From positions 14,167 to 78,166 of the forward strand of contig DATFFH010000019.1 of assembly GCA_035250245.1 (NCBI GenBank): DNA of 64,000 nucleotides, written 5' to 3'. A model generated the notes under the pieces. The model saw nothing but the letters and a program-made list of their open reading frames with translations, was not told the DNA's origin and did not search any database. This DNA comes from Luteimonas sp. Its GTDB lineage: Bacteria > Pseudomonadota > Gammaproteobacteria > Xanthomonadales > Xanthomonadaceae. Each line of letters begins with the position of its first letter. Within the stretch, counting starts at the first letter, position 1. Made by a program: the position numbers and the translations under genes. Shown in pieces: positions 25,144 to 32,729 of the stretch.

Positions 25144-26097
25144 GTGCGCGAGCTGTATCCCGAAATCGAGCCTTACGATCGGTTCCGCCTGAAGGTCGAC
25201 GGCCTTCACGATCTGCACGTGGAGCAATGCGGTCATCCCGACGGGCTGCCCGTCGTCTTCCTGCACGGCGGTCCGGGCGCGGGCGTGTCGCCCTATCACC
25301 GCCGCTTCTTCGATCCTCGCCGCTATCGCATCGTTTTGTTCGATCAGCGCGGCGCCGGCCAATCGACGCCGCATGCCGAACTGCGCGACAACACGACCTG
25401 GCACCTGGTCGCCGATATCGAAACGCTCCGCGAGCGGCTGGGGATCGATCGCTGGATCGTATTCGGCGGTTCCTGGGGTTCGACCCTCGCCCTGGCCTAT
25501 GCGCAAGCCCATCCGCAGCGCGCGCTCGCCTTGGTGTTGCGCGGCATCTTCCTGGGGCGGCCGCACGAAATCCGCTGGTTCAACGAACTCGACGGCTTCG
25601 CCCGCCACATTTTTCCCGAACGCTGGGCGCGCTATCTGGCGCATATTCCCGAGCAGGAACGCGGCGAAATGATCGAAGCCTATTGGCGCCGGCTCGACAG
25701 CGGCGATCCCGACGTGCGCCTGGCCGCGGCGCTGGCCTGGGGCAATTGGGAAGGCGGCAGCACCACGCTGATCCACGATCCCGACGAAGCCGGCACCCAG
25801 GAAGATCCACACGTCGCGATCAGCGTGGCGCGCGCCGAAGCCCATTATTTCCGCCACGGCGTATTCCTCGAGCCGGGACAACTGCTGCGCGACGTGGATC
25901 GCATCCGCCATCTGCCCGCGACGATCGTGCATGGCCGTTACGACATGATCTGCCCGGTCGACAACGCGTGGGAACTGGGCCAGGCCTGGCCGGAAGCGGA
26001 TCTGCGCATCGTCCTGGCCGGGCATAGCGCGGCGGATCCGGCGATCGTGGATGCGCTGGTGACGGCGACGGATGCGCTGGCCGGGCGATTCACTTGA
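25144..26097 (+). CDS. pip: Proline iminopeptidase
   Basis: FLHGGPG, FDQRGAG, GGSWGS, GRYDMICP, AGHS; GTG start. Confidence 0.94.
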   Translation: MRELYPEIEPYDRFRLKVDGLHDLHVEQCGHPDGLPVVFLHGGPGAGVSPYHRRFFDPRRYRIVLFDQRGAGQSTPHAELRDNTTWHLVADIETLRERLGIDRWIVFGGSWGSTLALAYAQAHPQRALALVLRGIFLGRPHEIRWFNELDGFARHIFPERWARYLAHIPEQERGEMIEAYWRRLDSGDPDVRLAAALAWGNWEGGSTTLIHDPDEAGTQEDPHVAISVARAEAHYFRHGVFLEPGQLLRDVDRIRHLPATIVHGRYDMICPVDNAWELGQAWPEADLRIVLAGHSAADPAIVDALVTATDALAGRFT

Positions 26098-26105
26098 ACC
26101 AAACG

Positions 26106-26133
26106 AAAAAAAGCGCCCGGGCCTCGGGCGCTT
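26106..26133 (-). terminator. Intrinsic terminator for arr
   Basis: Minus strand AAGCGCCCG-AGGCC-CGGGCGCTTTTTTT. Confidence 0.75.
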
Positions 26134-26178
26134 GGATTCGCTAGCCTCTTGGATTCGAGAATTATCGGATGGATGCAC

Positions 26179-26580
26179 TCACTCTTCGATCGCCTCAATG
26201 CCGAGTCGTTTGAGGTTCTCGAGATTGTCGTGCATTTCCTTCAGCTGCTCGGCCGAGTGCCCCTGCCAATCCGCCACCTCGCCGACCACGCGGAACGGCT
26301 CCCGCGAACGGTACGACTTCGTGGGATTCCCCGGAAATTTCTTGTCCGTCAGGTTCGGATCGTCTTCGATGGATCCTGTCGGCTCCACGATGTAGATCCT
26401 GCCGCGCCCCTCGCCGGCGGCCAGTTCGGCACCCCAGATCGCCGCCTCCAGCGTGGCGGAAAGGTAAACGAACTTCGCTTGCCTCCTCTGCCCGTAATTG
26501 GAGACGTAACCGGCTTCGATCAGGTCGCCCGCCTTCAGGTCGGCCTTGGTGCCGTGGTAGTAGGTTTGCGCATCGGTCAT
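26179..26580 (-). CDS. arr: NAD+:rifampin ADP-ribosyltransferase
   Basis: YHGTKADL..GDL, VYLSAT, WGAELA.G...RIY.VEPTG, EDDPNLTDKKFPGNPTKSYRS: Arr signature with His/Tyr/Asp. Confidence 0.94.
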   Translation of the reverse strand: MTDAQTYYHGTKADLKAGDLIEAGYVSNYGQRRQAKFVYLSATLEAAIWGAELAAGEGRGRIYIVEPTGSIEDDPNLTDKKFPGNPTKSYRSREPFRVVGEVADWQGHSAEQLKEMHDNLENLKRLGIEAIEE

Positions 26581-26637
26581 CGCATCGCTCCGGTAGCCCT
26601 GCCCTTTCGGCAGGCCGGCGATGCTGCATCATGCGCC

Positions 26638-26656
26638 GGGCCTTGCCGCAAGCCCC
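26638..26656 (-). promoter_or_regulatory. Rifamycin-associated element (RAE)-like 19-bp palindrome
   Basis: Minus strand GGGGCTTGCGGCAAGGCCC, 57 bp upstream of the arr ATG; identical to the RAE consensus as I recall it. Confidence 0.8.
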
Positions 26657-26671
26657 CGGGCGTTATATAAA
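26643..26671 (+). promoter_or_regulatory. Antisense sigma70-like promoter in the arr leader
   Basis: TTGCCG (26643-48) -17 nt- TATAAA (26666-71). Confidence 0.65.
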
Positions 26672-26680
26672 TTGGTTGTG

Positions 26681-26710
26681 GGAGGCGCTCGGCGCCTCCT
26701 TTTTTATTTT
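26681..26710 (+). terminator. Plus-strand intrinsic terminator just after the antisense promoter
   Basis: GGAGGCGC-TCG-GCGCCTCC followed by TTTTTTATTTT. Confidence 0.65.
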
Positions 26711-26734
26711 ATTGGCCGGCCCGCGGCACGGCAA
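26706..26734 (-). promoter_or_regulatory. Sense sigma70-like promoter of arr
   Basis: Minus strand TTGCCG (26734-29) -17 nt- TAAAAT (26711-06). Confidence 0.65.
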
Positions 26735-26760
26735 AGAAGCGGCCGATCCTCAAGAACCGG

Positions 26761-27270
26761 CTAATCCGGCAGATTCGAACGAATCAGATCTACGGTTGCG
26801 GTCATTTGCCCGGCAGACACTTGAACCCGCTGCCTGCGCTGCGCATCTCCGCCCGGATCGTGCGACGTACCCCTTTGACGTCCGGCGCCATCGAATGTGG
26901 CGAGTTGCGGAGGGCCTATCCCCCAATCGCTGCCCTTCTGCCGGGGCACGACGTGGAAATGGAAGTGCGGCGTTTCTTGCCCGCTATAGACCCCGTTGTT
27001 TTGGAACGCAAGTATTCCGAGAGGGTCATAAGTCTTGACGAGCGCCTCTGCGACTCTCTTCGCCGAAACCAGGATGGCCTCGCATTCTTGCCGGGAAAGA
27101 TCGAGCAGCGTCGCGACATGCCGGCGTGTGATGACGCAACACTGGCCGACCTCGAATTGCCAGGGATTGATCACGGTGAGCGTATGTTCGCCCTCCTCGA
27201 TGATCTTCCACTTTTCTTCGCGAGCCGCCACGCAAAGGTCGCACGGATCTCTAACGGGAAGTTCGATCAA
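26761..27270 (-). CDS. HIT-family nucleotide hydrolase
   Basis: CDLC, GQCCVITRRH, QNNG...GQETPHFHFHVVPR triad; TTG start after GAGGAG. Confidence 0.88.
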   Translation of the reverse strand: MIELPVRDPCDLCVAAREEKWKIIEEGEHTLTVINPWQFEVGQCCVITRRHVATLLDLSRQECEAILVSAKRVAEALVKTYDPLGILAFQNNGVYSGQETPHFHFHVVPRQKGSDWGIGPPQLATFDGAGRQRGTSHDPGGDAQRRQRVQVSAGQMTATVDLIRSNLPD

Positions 27271-27486
27271 TGGCCTCTCCTCGGGTCGACAAAAAAGAGT
27301 GTCCGTAGAGTTCGCTCGGGTCGGAAGCGGTCGCTGCATGCAGGACGCTTGACTCCGATGCCGGGCGTTCTCGATACGAGATCATGGGTGTAAGAGACCA
27401 AGGCCGCGCTACGTCTCCGATCGTCATCGGCTGGAATTGTCGGAAAAGAAACAGGCACTTGGATTGCTCCAAGTGCCTGCTTTAAT

Positions 27487-27562
27487 TGGTGGGCCGTCAA
27501 GGATTCGAACCTTGGACCTATTGATTAAGAGTCAACTGCTCTACCAACTGAGCTAACGGCCC
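27487..27562 (-). tRNA. tRNA-Lys(CTT)
   Basis: Reverse complement GGGCCGTTAGCTCAG...GACTCTTAATC...TTCGAATCC...ACGGCCCACCA. Confidence 0.96.
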
Positions 27563-27583
27563 CGAACATTTATTGTAACAAAT

Positions 27584-27661
27584 TGGGGTGGCTGAGGGGA
27601 CTCGAACCCCCGACATCTGGAATCACAATCCAGTACTCTAACCAACTGAGCTACAGCCACC
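27584..27661 (-). tRNA. tRNA-His(GTG)
   Basis: Reverse complement (G)GTGGCTGTAGCTCAG...GATTGTGATTC...CAGCCACCCCA; G-1/C73 His identity. Confidence 0.96.
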
Positions 27662-27847
27662 GTAGACCAGCCATTGTAGCGCAGGCGATAACCGAATTTT
27701 AAGCGTCCCGCTCTGATCGGGCCCCGAGCCGCCGGATTCCGGCCTCCGCGAAGCCTCGGCGCGGCCCGCCACGAGCCCTGACTACCGGCCGTTGCCGCGC
27801 CTCGGCGCTGCCCGCATAGTCTTCGGCCGCAATGCCGGACCCTGCCG

Positions 27848-28657
27848 ATGACCGCAACCAAGCACGCACCGATCGGCGCCCTGCTGCGCGAATGGCGGGC
27901 GATGCGGCGCATGAGCCAGATGGACTTGGCGCTGGAAGCGGGCATCTCCACGCGGCACCTGAGCTATATCGAAACCGGCAAAGCCAAGGCGAGCCGCGGA
28001 CTGGTCGCCGGACTCGCCGATGCCCTGGGCATGCCGCTGCGCGAACGCAACGCGCTGCTGCTGGCCGCGGGATTCGCGCCCCATTACTCCGAAACGCCGC
28101 TGGTGAAGCCCGAACTGGACCGCATGCGCGAAGCGATCGAGTTCATTCTGAAGCACCAGGAACCCTACCCCGCCTTCGTCATCAACCGGCGTTGGGAAGT
28201 GGTGCTGGCCAACGACGCGGCGGTCCGCATAAACCGCTTCCTGATGCAGGGCCGCCCGCTGCGGCATTCGAACATGCTGCACCAGGTCTTCGATCCGGAG
28301 GATTTCCGCCCCGTGATCGTGAACTGGCCGGAAGTCGCCGGCCGCTTCATCAGTCTGCTGCACGAGGAGATCGCGGCCGTGCCTTCCGATCCCGGACCTC
28401 GGCAACTGCTGAACGAAATCCTGGCCTATCCCGGCGTGCCGGAACATTGGCGCTATCGCGACCTGGAAAGCGAGGCGACGCCGATCCTCAACCTGGTTTT
28501 CCGCAGCGAACAGGGCGAAGTGCGTTTTTTCGAGACCATCACCACCTTCGCCGGCTCCAAGGACATCACCCTGGACGAATTGCGGATCGAGTGCTCTTTT
28601 CCGGTCGACGAGAGGACAGCCGAACTCTGCCGTCGCCTGCAAGCCGAAGAGGTTTGA
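27848..28657 (+). CDS. XRE-family HTH regulator with MmyB-like C-terminal domain
   Basis: SQMDLALEAGISTRHLSYIETG; RNALLLAAGFAP; EPYPAFVINRRW; ELRIE. Confidence 0.88.
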   Translation: MTATKHAPIGALLREWRAMRRMSQMDLALEAGISTRHLSYIETGKAKASRGLVAGLADALGMPLRERNALLLAAGFAPHYSETPLVKPELDRMREAIEFILKHQEPYPAFVINRRWEVVLANDAAVRINRFLMQGRPLRHSNMLHQVFDPEDFRPVIVNWPEVAGRFISLLHEEIAAVPSDPGPRQLLNEILAYPGVPEHWRYRDLESEATPILNLVFRSEQGEVRFFETITTFAGSKDITLDELRIECSFPVDERTAELCRRLQAEEV

Positions 28658-28669
28658 AACCGCGCGCCG

Positions 28670-29626
28670 TCAAGCCCAGAGCTTGCGCGCTTCCTCGACG
28701 ATGATCTCGGGATGTTCCTCGGGGAAGAACAGCCTGGCCTTCTCCACCAGGCGGACGCCGCGCGAACCGGGGAAGGTGCGATCCAGCCAATGCGCCGTTT
28801 CCACCGGGAACAGGTCGTCGTCCACGCCCCAGATCATCCGTACCGGCTTCTTGAAGGCGCGCAATTGCGGCCGCACCGACGGCAGCGGATTGGGGAACAT
28901 GTCCAGGCCGTACTCCTCGACCTGCTTGCGGCGTTTTTCGGGAGCGACCAGCGGGCGGAAGTAGGTTTCGATGAGCTCGTTCGTCAGCAGGCGCTCGGGA
29001 TCGTGGTAGGCGTTGCCGATCGCATCGCGCGAGCGCGCCCACGCCTTGTCCGCGAGGCTCTTGTCGAACCACAACCGGCCTTCGCCGCGGCGCGCTTTCT
29101 CCAGGAACGGCATCAGCTTCTCGGGCGGGCTGTTGGTGTCGACGTCGCCGTTGGTGAGCAGCATCGAACGGACCCGCTGCGGATGATGGGCAGCCATCAG
29201 CTGGGCGATGCCGGTGGAACTGTCGTTGGCGACGATATCGACTTCGGCGATCTTCAAATGGTCCAGCAGCGCGATCACCATCGTCGTCTGCGCTTCCGGC
29301 GAAAGATCGGCGTCCGCCGCGACATCGGTATAGCCCAGGCCCATCAGGTCGGGCGCAAGGCAGCGCCTTTCGCCGGCCAACGCAGCCATCGGCCCGCGCC
29401 ACTGGTAGCCGTTCAAGGGATAGCCATGCAGGAACAGCGCGACCGGCCCGCTGCCGCGCTCCACATAGGCGATCTTGCCTTGCGTGAGATCGGCGAAGCG
29501 CCGCGCGGCGTGGAATTGCGCGGGCGTCCAAACCGCCCCGCCCGCATCGGCGGCCCAAGCCATGCGCGTCGCCAATGAAACGGCCGCCGCCGCGGGGAAC
29601 AACAGGAGGAATTCGCGCCGGATCAT
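28670..29626 (-). CDS. Alpha/beta hydrolase with twin-arginine signal
   Basis: IRREFL Tat motif; FLHGYP, PDLMGLG, ANDSS nucleophile elbow, IWGVDD. Confidence 0.85.
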   Translation of the reverse strand: MIRREFLLLFPAAAAVSLATRMAWAADAGGAVWTPAQFHAARRFADLTQGKIAYVERGSGPVALFLHGYPLNGYQWRGPMAALAGERRCLAPDLMGLGYTDVAADADLSPEAQTTMVIALLDHLKIAEVDIVANDSSTGIAQLMAAHHPQRVRSMLLTNGDVDTNSPPEKLMPFLEKARRGEGRLWFDKSLADKAWARSRDAIGNAYHDPERLLTNELIETYFRPLVAPEKRRKQVEEYGLDMFPNPLPSVRPQLRAFKKPVRMIWGVDDDLFPVETAHWLDRTFPGSRGVRLVEKARLFFPEEHPEIIVEEARKLWA

Positions 29627-29727
29627 GCGACCACCTTCGAAGTGATGTCGGCCGCGAGTTAACTATTCTTTCGAGAATCGCTTCAATGACCAAAAAGGTC
29701 ATGCGGACTGGGCCACTGTCCGCGCCG

Positions 29728-30831
29728 TCAGCCGGCGTGCAGGATCCGGAAGCGATCGGGCTGCGCGGGATCGCGATCGACCACCTGGATCGGCGGCCAA
29801 GCCCATTGCCAAACGCCGATGCCGGGCACGCGGGAGAACCGGATCGAGCCGCGCGTGCCTTCCACTGCGAGCTGCGGCCAGGCTTCGGTAATGCGCGTTC
29901 GATCCGGGCCATGGGAACGCATCGCTTCGGCCAGAACGGCGATAGTGTCGTAGCCCTCGAAAGCGACGAACGAAGGCGCTTCGGCCAAGCGCTCGCGCAG
30001 CGCCGCCTCGACGCGCATGCCGAGCGGGCCGAGGCATTCGGGGAGATAGCGCACGAACGGGATCGCTGCGCCGTCGGCACCCAGCGCCGCCGTCCATTCG
30101 GCGAACTCCGGCTGTCCGGCCGGAGCGCCGATCAGCATGCCGGCCAGACGCGCATCGCCGCGAATTGCCTTGACGATCGGCACGGCCGGTTCCGGCACTC
30201 CGACCAGCAGCAGGAGCGCCGTTACTCGATGCGCGATGAGTTCATCGCACACGTCCGCAGGCGTGAGCGCGCTCATGTCGAGCTCGACGACGCTACCGCC
30301 GTGCGGCGCGAGATGCTCGTGCAGAATGCTCGTTCCCGAAGCCCAGTACACGCTCGGCGCAGCCGCCACGGCGATACGGCGATGGCCCGCACCGAGCAGG
30401 AAGTCGGCGTAGATCCGCCAGCCGCGCGATTGCGCCGGCGCGATGCGCGCCACCCATGCCGTCGGCTGTTCGGTGAGCGCGTCGAGCACCGCCGACGAGC
30501 AGAGGAATGGCAGGCCCAATGCGTCGGCCCGAGCGGCGGCGGCGCGCGCAACGACGCTGTGATATTCCCCGACCAACGCAGCCGCTCCCAGGCGGGCCAG
30601 TTCATCGACGGCAGCCACGGCTTTCTGCGGATCCGCCGCGGTGTCCCTGACTATCAACTCGAGCGGTTTTCCGGCGATGCCGCCTGCGTCGTTGACCTCG
30701 CGAACGGCCAATTCGATTCCGGCCAGCAAATGCCGTCCCGCTTCGACCCAACCTGGCCGAGTCAGCGGAACGAGTGCACCGATCAGGACCGGCGCTTCGC
30801 CGGTCCGTTCCGCTTCAGTTTGCATATTCAA
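29728..30831 (-). CDS. Periplasmic binding protein type 1 (LivJ/branched-chain-like), orphan
   Basis: IGALVPLT, AVREVNDAGGIAGKPLEL..RD, GEYHS, GYD; no signal peptide, no permease nearby. Confidence 0.75.
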   Translation of the reverse strand: MNMQTEAERTGEAPVLIGALVPLTRPGWVEAGRHLLAGIELAVREVNDAGGIAGKPLELIVRDTAADPQKAVAAVDELARLGAAALVGEYHSVVARAAAARADALGLPFLCSSAVLDALTEQPTAWVARIAPAQSRGWRIYADFLLGAGHRRIAVAAAPSVYWASGTSILHEHLAPHGGSVVELDMSALTPADVCDELIAHRVTALLLLVGVPEPAVPIVKAIRGDARLAGMLIGAPAGQPEFAEWTAALGADGAAIPFVRYLPECLGPLGMRVEAALRERLAEAPSFVAFEGYDTIAVLAEAMRSHGPDRTRITEAWPQLAVEGTRGSIRFSRVPGIGVWQWAWPPIQVVDRDPAQPDRFRILHAG

Positions 30832-30871
30832 AAGCCCGGCGTTTCCGCGGCGATTTCCATCCGGCCGACGA

Positions 30872-31402
30872 TCAGGCAGGAACGTAGGTCAATTTGATCA
30901 CGTCCTCGCCGATCCGATCATGGGCCACGAGGCGCAGCGGCGGACGGGGGCCGGCGAAATACGGCGTGCCATGACCCAGCACGACGGGATGCAGATAGAT
31001 CCGGTACTCGTCGACCAAGCCCAGTTCGGTGAGGCTTCGCGCCAAGTCCGGGCCGGCGACTTCGATCTCTCCGTCGCGCTCGGCTTTCAGCTTGCGCATC
31101 GCGCCCTCGAGATCGCCTTCGATAAGCGTGGCGTTGGGGCCGACCGACTTCAACGTGCGCGAAACGACCCATTTCGGCTGCTTGCGCCACATCGCCGCGA
31201 AGGCGTGTTCGTCCGCGCCCCAATCGGGCTGATCGTCGTCCCAGTAGCGCATGATTTCGTACATCTTGCGGCCGTACACGCTGCCCGTCTGATCCCGGGC
31301 TTCCTCGATGAAATGGCGGAAGAGCGTGGGGCTGGGCGCGAACGCCATGTGGTCGACGTAGCCGTCCAGGGACTGGTTCATTCCGAATACGAGCTTGGCC
31401 AT
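30872..31402 (-). CDS. Dihydrofolate reductase / RibD C-terminal family protein
   Basis: MNQSLDGY, YGRKMYE, PKWVVSRTL, GPDLA, DEYRIYLHPVVLG.G. Confidence 0.85.
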   Translation of the reverse strand: MAKLVFGMNQSLDGYVDHMAFAPSPTLFRHFIEEARDQTGSVYGRKMYEIMRYWDDDQPDWGADEHAFAAMWRKQPKWVVSRTLKSVGPNATLIEGDLEGAMRKLKAERDGEIEVAGPDLARSLTELGLVDEYRIYLHPVVLGHGTPYFAGPRPPLRLVAHDRIGEDVIKLTYVPA

Positions 31403-31451
31403 GCCGCATCCCTTTCTAGCGCGGCGCATCTGCGCGGCAGCGAACGGTGGT

Positions 31452-31528
31452 TGGCGCGCCCGACAGGACTCGAACCTGTAACCGCCGGCTTAGAAGGCCG
31501 GTGCTCTATCCGGTTGAGCTACGGGCGC
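31452..31528 (-). tRNA. tRNA-Arg(TCT)
   Basis: Reverse complement GCGCCCGTAGCTCAACCGG...CCTTCTAAGCC...CGGGCGCGCCA. Confidence 0.96.
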
Positions 31529-31560
31529 TCGCGGCGGATTGTCGCATCGCCGGGCCGGAA

Positions 31561-31637
31561 TGGTCGGGGTAGAGGGATTCGAACCCCCGACATCCTGCTC
31601 CCAAAGCAGGCGCGCTACCAGACTGCGCTATACCCCG
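31561..31637 (-). tRNA. tRNA-Pro(TGG)
   Basis: Reverse complement CGGGGTATAGCGCAG...CTTTGGGAG...TACCCCGACCA. Confidence 0.96.
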
Positions 31638-31781
31638 CCGACCGTACCGGTGCCGCGATGCCGCGGCGCGGCTATTCTCGGAACCGCCCGCGACGCTGTC
31701 AAACCGCAGCACGCCGCCATCGTCTGCGTGTATCCTCGGGTGGACGCGGCGCGGCCGCACGAACGAACCACAGGGGTTCCC

Positions 31782-32537
31782 ATGATCCGCAGCGGCAATC
31801 CGGCACTGAAAGAGTCCACTTTCCTCGACCTGGGCAGCGGCACCGTCGTCTCCCGCGACGGCGGCGCAATGACCCTGAACGGCACCGTGACCAAGACCGG
31901 CATCCTGGTGCTGCTGGCGGTGATCACGGCCACTTTCGCCTGGATGCAGGTGAGCAGCACGGCCGGCACCGGCAACGCGAGCGTCTACGTTTGGGGCGGC
32001 GCCATCGGCGGCCTGGTCCTGGCCCTGGTCACGGTCTTCAAGAAGCAATGGTCGCCGGTGACCGCGCCGATGTACGCGCTGGTGGAAGGCTTTTTCCTGG
32101 GCGCGATCTCGGCGCTGTTCGAAATGCGCTTCCCGGGCATCGTGTTCCAGGCCGTGCTGCTGACTTTCGGCACGCTGTTCGCGTTGCTGTTCGCCTACCG
32201 TTCCGGCCTGATCAAGGCCACCGAGAACTTCAAGCTGGGCGTGGTCGCGGCCACCGGCGGCATCGCTTTGGTGTATCTGGCCACGATCGTGTTGGGCTTC
32301 TTCGGCATCAAGATCCCGATGATCCACGACAGCGGCATCATCGGCATCGGCTTCAGCCTGTTCGTGGTGGTGATCGCGGCGCTGAACCTGGTGCTGGATT
32401 TCGACTTCATCGAAAACGGCGTCGAACAAGGCGCGCCGAAATACATGGAGTGGTACGGCGCGTTCGGGCTGATGGTCACCCTGGTGTGGCTGTACATCGA
32501 ATTCCTGCGCTTGCTGTCCAAGCTGCAGTCGCGCTGA
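31782..32537 (+). CDS. Bax inhibitor-1/YccA-family membrane protein
   Basis: RSGNPAL, MTLNGTV.KT, LVLDFD, WYGAFGLMVTLVWLYIE.LRLL. Confidence 0.88.
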   Translation: MIRSGNPALKESTFLDLGSGTVVSRDGGAMTLNGTVTKTGILVLLAVITATFAWMQVSSTAGTGNASVYVWGGAIGGLVLALVTVFKKQWSPVTAPMYALVEGFFLGAISALFEMRFPGIVFQAVLLTFGTLFALLFAYRSGLIKATENFKLGVVAATGGIALVYLATIVLGFFGIKIPMIHDSGIIGIGFSLFVVVIAALNLVLDFDFIENGVEQGAPKYMEWYGAFGLMVTLVWLYIEFLRLLSKLQSR

Positions 32538-32553
32538 GCCGGCTTCGGTGCGG

Positions 32554-32582
32554 AAAAAAGGGCGCTTCGGCGCCCTTTTTTT
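32554..32582. terminator. Bidirectional intrinsic terminator
   Basis: AAAAAAGGGCGC-TTCG-GCGCCCTTTTTTT between convergent genes. Confidence 0.8.
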
Positions 32583-32596
32583 GTCGATCTTTTTTT

Positions 32597-32729
32597 GTGG
32601 GAGCGGCTTCAGCCGCGAGCTTTCCACATGGCTTCGGTGCGAGCAAAAAGCTCGCGGCTGAAGCCGCTCCCACAAAAAGAAGCAAGCCGCGACTCGGTCC
32701 CGGGCATCGCTTCGCTCCACCCGGGCTAC
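32597..32729. repeat. GTGG-type REP doublet plus single GTAGCCCGGG REP
   Basis: 32597-32673 and 32699-32729. Confidence 0.8.

Noticed and set aside
24300-31451. Prophage or integrative element at the tRNA cluster
   Set aside because: No integrase, phage or conjugation genes and no duplicated tRNA 3' end seen by eye.
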